The position numbers were made by a program, and so were the translations under genes. A DNA stretch of 64,000 nucleotides from Chiloscyllium plagiosum (taxonomy: Eukaryota), in NCBI RefSeq assembly GCF_004010195.1, contig NC_057720.1, positions 34,512,229 through 34,576,228 on the forward strand, read 5' to 3'. The notes below the pieces were generated by a model that saw only the letters and a list, made by a program, of their open reading frames with translations, made no database searches and was not told where the DNA came from. Shown piece by piece: positions 52,515 to 64,000 of this stretch (within the stretch, counting starts at the first letter, position 1; the number at the start of each line of letters is the position of its first letter).

Positions 52515-53370
52515 CGCCTACTGCAGTCTACTGCATTCACAGCTCACGATGTGGTTTCCTCTACATTGGGGAAATATAGTGTATGGCTGGGTGACAGCTT
52601 CGCAGAACATCTACATTCTTTCTGCAAAAAAGACCCTGAGCTTCCAGGTGCCTGCAACATTAACACGCCACCCTGATCCCTGACCAACATCTCTCTGAGG
52701 TCTGCTGCAAAGTTCCAGCAAAGCTAAGCGCAAGCTGGAAGAACAATGCCTTACTTTCCTTTCGGGGACCCTGCAGCCCTCTAGACTCAATATTGAGTTC
52801 AATAATTCTAGGGCCTGAACTCTCCCATGTCCGCAACCCCACACACCAGGCCTTGTTACCACATAGTCTGCCATTACACACTACCCATTGTTAGTCACTA
52901 ACAGTCTCCATTAATAGCTATTCACCCTCCCAGTCAGATCATTATCTACTCCTTTGTTTGTTCAACAGCTCCTCTCTCTCTTTGGGCCCTATCCCCACCT
53001 ATCATTTATTCCATACCAAACCCCACCCCATCCCCCAACCCTTACTTCTGCATATAGAGAGGAAACTCAATTATCCGAAGGACTCGTGCGGGGAGTATTT
53101 TGTTCAGTTAATCGAATTCTAGATAATCAAATGATGGATAATATCGTTTAACTGAGCTTCTTGCTGGATAATCTGATATTCGGATAATCGAATGCCAGAT
53201 AATTGAGGTTCCTCTGTACACCACCATTTTCCTAGCTACCATAAGTTCTGAGGAAGGGTCACCAGACCCAAAAGATTAACACTGGTTTCCCTTCACAGAT
53301 TCTGCCAGACCTGCTGAGCTTCTGTTTTTGTTTCTGATTTACAGCACCTGCAGGTCTTTTAGTTTTTAAA
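52515..53370 (+). mobile_element. PLE 3' part (GIY-YIG and terminal repeat)
   Basis: VYCIHSSRCGFLYIGE; LGTLQP..LNIEF-like end; CTGAGGAagggtcaccagacccAAAA at about 53246. Confidence 0.8.
53057..53216. mobile_element. 160-bp Tigger/pogo-like MITE
   Basis: TIRs GAGAGGAAACTCAATTATCCG and CAGATAATTGAGGTTCCTCTG; TA on both sides; internal GATAATC subrepeats. Confidence 0.85.
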
Positions 53371-53439
53371 CCATCACCAGTTGTCTCTCTTTTTTATGAG
53401 AGACCAGCCAGATGGTCTGGTAAGACTATGGCAATTTTG

Positions 53440-55075
53440 CCTTCACACTTTTTAAAAAATACAAAACTGCTGGGGAAACTAATGGGGTTAAAGACTGATA
53501 AGTTCCTTGGACCTAGTGAGATGTATCCTAGGATATTCAAAAATGGAGCTGCAAAGATAATGGGTGCACTGTTCATAATCTTCCCAGGTTCTAGTAAAGT
53601 ACCAGAGGATTGGAAAATGGCCAAAGTACTAACAGAGCAATTAGAAATAGAAGATGTGATCAAGCAGGGTTAGCATGACTTCACTGAATGGAAATCATGC
53701 CTGAAAAATTTATTAGCATTCTATGAGGAGGTAACAAGTAAGATAAATAATTAGATTAGATGTCTTGCTTTATTTTAGATAAAGGGGAAACAGTGGATTA
53801 ATATATTTGCACTTCCAGAGGTGTTTGATAAGGTACCACTCCTTAAGACGACAGGAGCCAATAGTATTGGAAATAACTTATTCACATGGATAGAGGATTG
53901 GCTTACTAATAGAAGACAGAGATTTGGGAGAAGTGGGGGGATTTTCAGGATGGCAACCTATGCCCAGTGGTGTGCCATAGGGATCAGTGCTGGGATTACG
54001 ATCATTTACAATATATATTAATGACATGGATGACGCAATTGAATTTAGTTCAGCTAGATTTATGGATGACATAATAATAGACAGGAAGGCAAGTGACAAG
54101 AATAGTTCAAAGAGACTGTGGAGGAATGTGGGCAGGTTTAGTAAATGCCAAAAAATGTGTTGCTGGAAAAGCACAGCAGGTCAGGCCCGAAACGTCAATT
54201 CTCCTGCTCCTTGTATGCTGCCTGACCTGCTGCGCTTTTCCAGCAACACATTTTTCAGCTCTGATCTCCAGCATCTGTTGTCCTCACTTTCTCCTAGATT
54301 TAGTAAATGGCAAGGTCTTAGTAGACGGAATATACTGTGGGAAAAGGTACGGTTATGCAGTTTGTCAGGAAGAGTAGAGAGCTGAATATTATTCAAATGG
54401 AAGAAGATTGCAGAAGCTATGGAACAGAGGAATTTGGGTGTCCTCATGCATAAATCACAAAAAAAAGCACTCAACTTCAGCGGGTAATAGGAAGGCAAAT
54501 GAAATGAGAAACCCTTGCTAAAACAATACAAAGCACTACTAAGAATGATTTTTATACCATTGTCTAAGCAAAGGCGTACTGGCAGTGGATGCAATTGCGA
54601 GAAGGTTTACTAGTTGATCCTGGCTCTAGTAGATCTGTCTTATGAGGAGGGGCTGAGTAGGTTGGACCTGTACTCATTGGCATTTGGAAGAATAAAAGGC
54701 AGCTTATTGAAACATTCAAGATTCTTAGGTGACTTGATAGAATAGATGTAAAATGGTTGTTTCCCTGATTGGGGGTCTAAGATCAGAGGGCATTACCTCA
54801 GAGTAACAAGTCACTTATCTAAGACAGAGGTGAGGAGGAACTTCCTCTCTGAAAGGTAGAGAATCTGTAGAATTATTTGCCACTGAGGGCTGTCAAGGCT
54901 GGATCATCAAATATATTCAAGACTGAAATAGATTTTTAATCTGTAAAGGCATCAAGGGTTATGGGTAAAAGGCAGAAAAGCAGAGTTGGGGAAAACCAGA
55001 TTAGCCATGATTTCATTGAATAGTGGAGCAGACTCGGTGAACTGAATGCCCTACTTCTGCTCCTGTATTTTATGG
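53440..55075 (+). mobile_element. Degenerate CR1 ORF2
   Basis: LKTDKFLGPSEMYPRIFK, VPEDWKMA, FTIYINDMD, 3' tail. Confidence 0.8.
54152..54295. mobile_element. PLE terminal-repeat insert with short inverted arm
   Basis: TSD AG(G/A)TTTAGTAAATG(C/G)CAA. Confidence 0.85.
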
Positions 55076-56554
55076 TCTTTTTGTCCAAAAGGTAAGCGCT
55101 TATTCCTTTTAATGATATTTCTTGCGGTACATGCTATTTTCTGACCAAGTGAATGTGCTCCCTATCACAACAAATTGTCAGTCCGCCCAGCAAAATGAGA
55201 AAAGTGGCCAGAGGCCAGAGCTCACCTTACTTGCAGACATCTTTTCATTAGAATTACACATACTGTTAAGAGTTACCGTGAAATTATAAAGGATGGTGAT
55301 GTTGTCAGTGTTCCAAGCCCATGGTATCAAGTGTTATCATTATTGTATTCTGGCATGCAGGTTAGAAACCTTGAGCCTTTGTTAATTGATAACACACATC
55401 TCCACTGAACAAGTGTTTACCTTTGATTTTTGATCAAATACAGTCTATGTTTAACAAACATTAAATGCATCAGAGGCCTTTATGAACTATTGACAGAAGG
55501 TTGGTCAAGTGACTGTGTATGTTTTATTACCTCGAGGCAAATTGGGTTATTGAATGTTCTCTTTCAATTCTATAACAAGCAGAGCAACAATTTATATTGG
55601 GTTCTCTAAACAGCATTACATAATCAGTATTTATTTACTTTCCCAGTTGGTCTTAAACCTGTTCTAAATGGTACACATGGAATGCTTTTGAAATGGGTAG
55701 AATGCTGTTTGACAGCAGAGCTTGTAAGTGGAGCTGAATAATTTATAGAAGACAATGTTCAGTGGGATATCTCAGGGATCATTGTTGGATCAGTTGCAGC
55801 TTACTGTATTCATAAATAAGCAAGTTTCAAAATAAAACTTACCAAGTAAAATTTTGTGGCGGCTGACCCACCAGGCACAGGGCAGCTAGGTTTAAAACAA
55901 CAAATTGACTTTATCTTCTGCTACTGCCAAACCTCTGCTTACTGCCATTTTAACTTGACGCTGATTCAGGTGCCAAACATATTAATTGGAAACAGAAAAA
56001 CAATCCTGTTCCAAACTATTCCGATATCAAAACTAAAAATGAACCTGTAATGCAGATCAAATGTTTGAAATTAAATGTATATAATTTGTGTAAATTCGGA
56101 AGATTCAAATTTTCCTGGGATGCAAGTAGGAGTCCAATGCGATTTTAAAGGAATAGGCTGAAAATCACACTGTGCTAAGCCACTGAGCAAAGCCTCATAC
56201 GGTTGGCTTCACAAATTGGCTCCCATGAATGGAAACTCTATTCAAAGGAACAATGAGCTGCAGACACTCAGATCAGAGGGATTTGTCTGTTTTACTGCAT
56301 GTCCAATGGATTTCTGGGTCTGACGATTGATTGGATTGCATTCTAACTCCCAAAAATTGGTCATGTCACAGGTTAAAATTAAAATATTCTGGAACTGTTC
56401 AAAATCAGTTTTCAGGGAGTTAGAGTCAAGGTCGGTCAAGCGGGGGGTCGGTCATTTACTAATTATAATGAAGTTTTCTGTTTCCATTTTCACTGTCATT
56501 TACTTTAAACACATCCTACTAAAATTGCAAAGAGAAACTGCAAAGAGAAAAATT

Positions 56555-56805
56555 GCAGAGTGTTACAAGGGGACATAAATTTAAGGTGAAGGGTGAAAGG
56601 TCAGGGGTAGGTTCTTTACCCAGAGAGTGGTGGGGGCATGGAATGCGCTGCCTGTGGGAGTGGCAGCGTCAGAATCATTGGCGACCTTTAAGCAGCAACT
56701 GGATAGGTACATGGATGGGTGCTTAAGCTAGGACAAATGTTCGGCACAACATCGTGGGCCGAAGGGCCTGTTCTGTGCTGTATTGTTCTATGTTCTATGT
56801 TCTAA
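56555..56805 (+). mobile_element. CR1 3' end with (TTCTATG)n tail
   Basis: FFTQRVVGAWNALP; GGGCCGAAGGGCCTG stem-loop. Confidence 0.9.
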
Positions 56806-57409
56806 ACATTGGGCAGAATCTTATTCTCCCACAAGTGATATGGGCAGTGATAATAAAGTTAGCAAAACATTGTGAAAATAGAAATATTAGATTCTCAATG
56901 TTGAGAAAAGTTTCCAATTTTCCCTTGGAATTTAAGCATTGAGTTCTGAACATTGGGATTCAGTACAGACTACCTTATTTCTATGCATTTGCGTCTCAAT
57001 ATTTGGCAAATTTCCTTCATCTCTATACAGTTCTAAATTATCATCTCATTCTTCAAGAAGTTATATGGTACCAATTGCCAATATGAAAATCAGTGTGATA
57101 ACCTGTTGGCAGCAGCTCATTGTTTGCTTCCCTGAGCTTTCAGCCATCCCTATTTTCACACCAATGTCACTATATGGTCAATGGACACTGACCCTTCCAC
57201 GATTTCGTCAGAGCAAATAGATATTGCTGAACCAGTAGCCTCACCACATCAGCAAGGCTGTTTTTGGATCAATTCAATGATCACTTCAACTTCATTTTGG
57301 AGCTCAGGGACTTGCATTCTTCTGCCAGGTAGTTTTGCCCACAGGGATATATCTACACAAGGTGCATCTTATAGGTCTTAGCTTATTGCCTTTGCACACA
57401 TTTACTTTG

Positions 57410-57615
57410 AGGAGAAAGTGAGGTCTGCAGATGCTGGAGATCAAAGTTGAAACTTTATTGCTGGAACAGCACAGCAGGTCAGGCAGCATCCAGGGAACAG
57501 GAGATTCGACGTTTCGGGCACAGGCCCTGAAGAAGGGCCTGTGCCCGAAACGTCGAATCTCCTGTTCCCTGGATGCTGCCTGACCTGCTGTGCTGTTCCA
57601 GCAATAAAGTTTCAA
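57410..57615. mobile_element. Young palindromic PLE insert with intact hammerhead core
   Basis: Near-perfect arms; CTGAAGAaGGGCctgtGCCCGAAACGTC at 57527-57554; TSD CACACATTTACTTTG. Confidence 0.9.
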
Positions 57616-57739
57616 CACACATTTACTTTGCACTTACTTGAAAGCTGCTTGCCTCTGTGGCTTGTATTGCTTAACAGCGCAGAGGGACAGACAGGCAGCT
57701 TGTCACAGTTTAGAGCACTGAACAGTCAAGGGGGTGAAG

Positions 57740-57899
57740 GAGCATCAGAGGAGCAGGGAGTTGACAATCCTGACGAAAGGTTCCAACCTGAAATATCGAC
57801 TCCTCTGCTCCTCTGATGCTGCTTGACCAGCTGTGCTTTTTCCAGCTCTACACTTTATCAGCTCTGACTTTCCAGCATCTACAGTCCTCACTACCTCCT
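57740..57899 (+). mobile_element. Older PLE terminal-repeat insert with hammerhead motif
   Basis: CTGACGAaAGGTTccAACCTGAAATATC at 57770-57797; TSD about AGTCAAGGGG(G/C)TG(A/G)AG. Confidence 0.75.
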
Positions 57900-58109
57900 A
57901 GTCAAGGGGCTGGAGAGGTTGCTGCACCTACACTTTGTACCTGCAGTTTCTATGGCAAACACACTGCATTTGTTTCAACCAAATGGCCATGTCTGAAAGT
58001 CAAAGGAAACTAGTCCTTGGTGGTGTCAAGGCAGTCTCCCATCTAGTCCAGGAGGTTCAGCACAGTCAGTGAGGTATTTGTTCATGTCAGAGTTTGGAGA
58101 TCCATTTTG

Positions 58110-58290
58110 ATTCATAGAGTCAAGTTTCTTAAACTAAATCAATCTCATTTGCCTGCATTTGGCCCGTATCCATCTAAATCTTTCCTATTCATGCACGTGG
58201 CCAAATATCTTTTAAATATTGTAACTGTACCTGCTTCCACTACTTCCTCTGGTAGTTCATTCCACACATGAGCCACCCTCTTTGTGAATA
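58110..58290 (-). mobile_element. CR1 3' end fragment
   Basis: Reverse complement of WNELPEEVVEAGTV region and tail. Confidence 0.75.
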
Positions 58291-59182
58291 TGTCCCTACT
58301 CCACCCCAGGTCTTTGCAGTTTGGAGCTTTGACACTGGTCAGTTCTGCAGGTCAAATGAAATCAATTTGGAAATTACATGTAGGGTACTGTGAAGACATC
58401 AGGTCAGGGCTGGTGCATGTGGATTGGTGCAAACTCAGTCAGGGCTAGTCTGCCGATTCAATCCAGTGGGTGAGTCATAGTCAGTCCTAGGAGTTTGGAC
58501 ATTAATGATCAGGGAGTTCATCGGGGAACTGCGTGTGGAGTTCTGGGAAGCTCAAACCTGGGATTGGGGTTTATTGGACTGGGTTACTGAGGGAATGATT
58601 ATAACAAAATGGGGCAATTCAAGATGGAACTTGGAATCACATACAGCATGGAAATGGATGGATAGCTTCAGGAGTTGAAACGTTCACAAATAATTGTCAC
58701 GTTCTCCCCAAATGAGGAGAGCATGTGGCCAACAAGCACTTAGCAATTCGCAAAGCCATGGGCTCGAGATAAAGTTGGGACCTTAGCATTATATAAAGAG
58801 AATGAATGAAAATTGGGAGAAGGCAGTAAGGTCATCAGAGACACAGGTACAGTAACCCAAAGAGGATATGAGGAATGGGGAGGTCATTCTAAATCTCAGC
58901 TGGAGCCTCCAAACCCCTCTCAAGGAAACTAAGTTGAAACCTTGCCATCTTTAATTCAAATTCAACTGTATAATAACAAGACAAAAATAGCTACCACTGC
59001 GTGTAATGTAGGTGGAGTAAGTTATCATTTTTCTTTTCTTGGGAAGAGTTATTATTGTTTGAATTTGAGGCCCTGCTAGGATTAATTATGCATTCACTGA
59101 TTCTATAATGCCACCCATCTGACAACAAATTGCCATTCATTGGCAGGTCATTCTTTTAAAAATATGGCGTCAAGCAATCTGT

Positions 59183-59495
59183 GGGCGGCACGGTGGCACA
59201 GTGGTAACACTGCTGCCTCACAGCACCAGAGACCCGGGTTCAATTCCCGCTTCAGGCGACTGACTGTGTGGAGTTTGCACGTTCTCCCCCTGTCTGCGTG
59301 GGTTTCCTCCGGGTGCTCCGGTTTCCTCCCACAGTCACAAAGATGTGCAGGTCAGGTGAATTGGCCATGATAAATTGCCCATAGTGTTAGGTAAGGGTTA
59401 AATGTAGGGGTACGGGTGGGTTGCGCTTTGGCGGGTCGGTGTGGACTTGTTGGGCCGAAGGGCCTGTTTCCACACTGTAATGTAATCTAATCTAA
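59183..59495 (+). mobile_element. Young HE1-type SINE
   Basis: CpG-rich, complete GGGCGGCACGGTGGC head and tail. Confidence 0.93.
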
Positions 59496-60129
59496 ATCAC
59501 AACTATTATGTTGTTCACACTAAATGTTTCCTTGCCGTGTCATTTAAAAAATCTAAGCAAATGCTAACTTTAGAGGTTTCATCTGGATTTGCCTATTTGG
59601 GACATGTTTCCGAACTGATACTGGTAGACAATGCTTCAGAGCTGCTACATTTATACACTATATTCTAAGTATGCAAGTACATAGTCTATGATATTCAAGG
59701 GCAGCTTCCTTTGTTAAGGGATGATGCATTCATGCCAGAAGTTCACTCTCCTAACGTACATTAGTACTTTGATTCTGCATCATACATCTAGATAATATTA
59801 TATATCTCAGAGCTCCTTATTCAGGAAAGCCACCTTGTGAAGTCTGTATTGCACATATGTTACTTCATTTTGATTGATGCAAGGGCTCAGGACTCAGTAT
59901 TACTGATAAGCTGCTCTGTTTCTGACTTTTCCCATATTATTAGTTCATGCATCTAACATGCTCATCACAATTGGTGGATTCCTCTTGACATTCATACAGA
60001 GATGAAGGCAGGGTCAAATGAAAGAGCAATCAGACTGTAATCAGTAAGCCCATCAAGAATGGCAATTTCCGATGGCTGCTGCACAGACTCCAGAGGGACA
60101 GTTGGCTGATGAGAACCCCCATGATGGTG

Positions 60130-60960
60130 GAGAAGAATGACATACCCATATATATCAGCTTCACTGTTATTATCTATAGCTCTCAGAACCACAGTGCAGA
60201 TGCAGACAAAGGATATTCTCAGTTATCTTTACCCACCTTGTCATCTGCTGAAGCAGATTGTGCATTTGTAAACAATACATGACAAACCCATCTGAAGGCT
60301 GTCAAGATCACAGCTACCTTGAGTTTCCATGATATTTTCTCACTTCAAGTAGCAACTGGCAACTTGTGTGACATCTCCCAGTCCTCAAACACAAATGCAA
60401 TCAGAATGTCACTGATGCCATTTTCTTCAGATGACACTCATTATGTCCTTCCTTCATGATAAGAAATGTTAGGTGGCCCAAGCAATGAAAATCTCTAAAA
60501 TTGCTGGCTTCGCCCAAATGTAGGACATTGGAGATTACACCCATATGGCTTTAGACTGCCCTATTACCCACTTGCAGGGTTGGTTAACTGCAAAGGCTTC
60601 CACTACATCAATGAGCAACATGTCTTTGACTATTGATGCCAGATTTAGGAGGTCCATGCAGGTAATCCTGGAAGGTACCATGATGTTAATGTCATTGATT
60701 TATAAGCTCTTGTCTTCTTCCAATGCCCTTGGGCCATTCAGGGAGACATTGACTTGCTGGGAGACATCCAGACAAGGGCCATGACATTTTGATGAAAGAC
60801 TCAATCTGAAGCAGAATGATGTTACAACTTTGCTCATACTCCTACCAGGGCCGTAACTGAACAGACCATAGACCTCCCTGAAATGAAGCTTTCCGGCAAA
60901 GCCTTGCTGTATAACCCAGAATGAATGTGCCATGTCATTGCAGAATGCTGGGAAGAGAAG
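60130..60960 (+). pseudogene. Fossil PIF/Harbinger (HARBI1-like) DDE transposase
   Basis: Across frameshifts: AVKITATLSF..QVATGNLCDISQSS; VTDAI; IAGFAQM*DIGDYTHMAL; NCKGFHYINEQHVFD..AGNPGRYHD; LLGD; YNFAHTPTRAVTEQTI. Confidence 0.8.
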
Positions 60961-61871
60961 AGCTCAATTGTTCATGTGGGGATGCAGAGGAATGCAAAGC
61001 TAACTAAAGCAGTAAGCCTCATTGAGCTATGCTGTTCTGCTCTCCCACCGTGACAAGAGCTAACTTTTTTTAGCTGCATAAGCTTTTATCCCTTTTATGT
61101 AACTTATTTGCTCTTTCTTACTCAGGCATTAAGTGCACCCAGTGAATCTCCAAGGAAAGACCAGTGCTGGAGAGCCTCAGCACTATCTCCACCTCTGAGG
61201 AAGAAAACTGACAGGATTCAATAGCAAGGCTTTTACCTGCACCCACTATTGACTCACAGGCTTTCACCTTGATATTGTGAGTATCGAGTTCATAGTTCAT
61301 GTGTTTTTGCATCTAACTTTCAGTTTCAGTAAAGTTTAGAAGTCAAAAATAGAGTAAGTACAACTGAAGCACCAATAAGTCTTGTGAACCTAAATGATTG
61401 TGCTCATTATTGTTTTAAGAAGTTAATAGTTAGGCAAGTGAGGTAATTAAATTACTATGCTTTGATGACTGCCATTATATCCAGATAAATGAAATTGCTG
61501 ATATTTGTTTAATAGAATTAGACATGAAGAAATGTAGCTATAAAAACGATAAGCAGCTTACTTACTGGAGGTCTAGGGCTGACTCATATCTGAAATTGGC
61601 CTAAATGTCAGTCTTTGGCAAGTTTAATGGAAGATTTCTCTGTGCAAGCCTCTAACAGGATTTCTTGTGCTAGCTTTCCAAACTTACCTCATTAAATAAG
61701 AAACACACCCTTTTGATACTCTGATCATCATATTGTTCCTCTGCAGGCGGAAACTATCGGGGTCTTCTGGGATTGTAGGTGTCTGTGCCATCTGTAAAGC
61801 TCAGCTATGTGCCCAGTCAAGAATTGGCATTCCACAACTGTCCTGCACTATTTATCTTTTTTGCCCTGGAT

Positions 61872-62077
61872 ATGTTAGACAAAAGGTAATTGGCATTCTG
61901 CTTCACTGATTGGGACCTGGAGGTCCTGTTGGAAAGGGAGACATTGTTCATAGAGTGTGCCTTGAGATGTTATTGACTGGTGGAAATCCAGGATAGCAAG
62001 CAATGAGCTGGAGTTGTCAGGTTACTGCTGTCACTGTTAGGTCAGGAATTGTCACCAACTAGTTTCTATATGGCAAG
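61872..62077 (+). pseudogene. Possible fossil Harbinger Myb/SANT partner gene, first exon
   Basis: MLDKR*LAFCFTDWDLEVLLERETLF resembles the RFSDxxLExLL start of Harbinger Myb-like proteins; ends near a gtgag donor. Confidence 0.45.
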
Positions 62078-63514
62078 TGAGAGAAGAGGAAACTGCACAC
62101 AAGATAGTAATGATAATGTTAATGCAATAGACCTCTCACCGTTGACTAGCAAGAATGTCATCTTGCCATTCAGCATTTGGTTGGAAATTGGAACTGCTTA
62201 GTCTCAATGGCAAGAAGTTTCTCATTGCAAATCCTCAGGTAATTCTCTCAACATTCTCACCAGTTATTCAGAGCTGGAAAGATTTTGCCTGTAAAGCTTG
62301 CAGTAATGGCAGTTAGAAGGGGCTTGTGTTAAATTAGTTTATAAGCATTCATTGAACCTTAAAGATCAATGTAAGGAAAGCCTGGAGCGGATCACATTGG
62401 AAAGGGGAAGTGTGGAGCTTGAGCAGGTTCTCTGGTTTTGCATTATCTGGGAGCATGTTTGCTGGACAAATTGATTACGGTTGAAGCCCGGACACTGCTG
62501 AAGCAAAGAAATGACTTCAGGGAGAATAAGTGCTGCTTTTGGTGAACGGAAAGCAGTTGGGGAAGTGGGAATCCTTGGAAGCCGTTTATCATTGAGAGCA
62601 TCTGACATGGAGTGAGAAGGAAGTCTATACACATCGCATTTGCTTAAAGGCAAAATACTATGGTGCTGGAAATCTGAAACCAGAACAGAGAACCCTCCAG
62701 GTACACAGTAGGTCTGGTAGAATGAGAGAAATAAGAGTTAATGGTTTGCATCTGGCTTGACACCTCTTCAGGATAGTATTTGCTTCACACAGCTGAGAAA
62801 TACTGAACTTCAAACAAATGCCAGGGATTTGTACCCTTGCGGAGTAGAGCACAGTCTTGGGAAATGTCACACCTCCCTGGGTTGGAGTACACTGGAAATC
62901 AAGCTCCGCTATTGTCAGAGTCATCACAAAAGATGAAGATTTTATCAAAATATACAAAAGTTCCCCAATTTACCTATCTTTTTTGACAGGTTAACAGAAA
63001 GCACTGACCAAGTTTCTGTACTTAACAAGAATTACTATTAATTACAAATAAATAGATATTAGCTCAAGTCAGCAAATATGAACTGTCGACATACAACTCT
63101 AGTAGTTGAAACGTTAACCCCTCCCTTACAATACTCCACCTCCAGACACATGGGGACAAATGCTAGCCATTGAAGACACAGTAATTCATGCCTGTGAAGA
63201 TCCTTCACATTGCAACAGAGAATAGGTTTAGATTGAAAAAGAAGCTTATTATTTTTCAGGAAAAGTAATAAGCCTGAGGATTCATGGCGTTTTAAATATC
63301 AGCAATGGGTGACCTAAAAATTGGTAGGGAGTGAGAAAAGACAATGTAGCAAAACCATACAAAATTAACCATAAATATAAAAACACACTGTAAGAGTTTC
63401 TACATGTAAGTAAAAGGGAAGGCAGTAGCAAAAGTAAATATTAATCCCTGTGTAGCAAAGGCAGGAGCAATTAGAAAATGTAATAAGGAAGCAGCAGTGA
63501 TGTCAACCAAATAA

Positions 63515-64000
63515 AGTTAAAAATCACACAACACCAGGTTATAATCCAACAGGTTTATTTAGAAGCACTGGTTTTCGAAGCATTGCTTCTTCATCAGGTG
63601 ATTGTGAAACAGGGCCATAAGACACAGAATTTATAGCAAAAGATTACAGTGATACAATGACGCTTTGAACAAACCTAGATTGTTAAGTCTTTCATCTTCT
63701 ATAATGTGTTTGCTGGTTTCGGTTCTTTAATATGTAAATCCCAGAACTTCTTTCAAGTCATATTCTCTCTCATACACAAGCTCTCTCTCATATGCATACA
63801 CATACACCCCTCACACTCGCACCCACACATGCACCATCTCAGGCTTATACCCTAGCACACTCACACACACATTTTATCAAGTTTGCAGACACACAAACAC
63901 GCAACTTTCTCATGTGCACTCGCACTCACACGCGCACACTCACTCTGTCTCTCTCTCTTGCACGCGCACATATATAGGTTTATGGGGTGAATTTGTATTT
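63515..64000. mobile_element. PLE end: inverted terminal repeat (63515-63765, minus) joined to a forward CA-rich 3' region
   Basis: Reverse complement of about 5250-5505, then a forward copy of about 4790-5025; hammerhead motif on minus at 63566-63600. Confidence 0.85.

Noticed and set aside
61747..61885. Candidate next intersectin exon (good acceptor; RRKLSGSSGIVG resembles ITSN1 RRVRSGSG)
   Set aside because: The rest is Cys-rich with no acidic linker or KLP motif, and it lies within the Harbinger fossil; probably chance.

Overview
Eukaryotic, repeat-rich vertebrate DNA, most likely from a shark (Chondrichthyes). This is an inference from the HE1-type tRNA-derived SINEs and HER1/CR1-type LINEs; there are two N gaps (20187-20445, 34824-35415). 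The window lies inside a large + strand gene. I can support only one host exon: 138 bp at 14242-14379, encoding the end of the second EH domain of an intersectin, closest to ITSN2. The rest is intron packed with nested, mostly dead transposons. These are many CR1 LINEs (one retaining the ORF1 SGNH-esterase, APE and RT), V-SINE/HE1 SINEs, three Gypsy-type LTR relics plus solo LTRs, Penelope-like elements (PLEs), Tigger/pogo MITEs and a fossil two-gene PIF/Harbinger transposon. The most striking pattern is a dense population of short, often palindromic PLE terminal-repeat inserts with 8-18 bp target duplications that carry minimal hammerhead-ribozyme cores (CTGANGA-stem II-GAAACGTC), in several sequence subfamilies. 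Also notable: two local inverted templated duplications (one pair brackets the exon), a CR1 with a twin-priming-type 5' inversion, and a 76-bp perfect duplication around a 44-bp retroposon tail. Almost all listed ORFs are repeat-derived or spurious.
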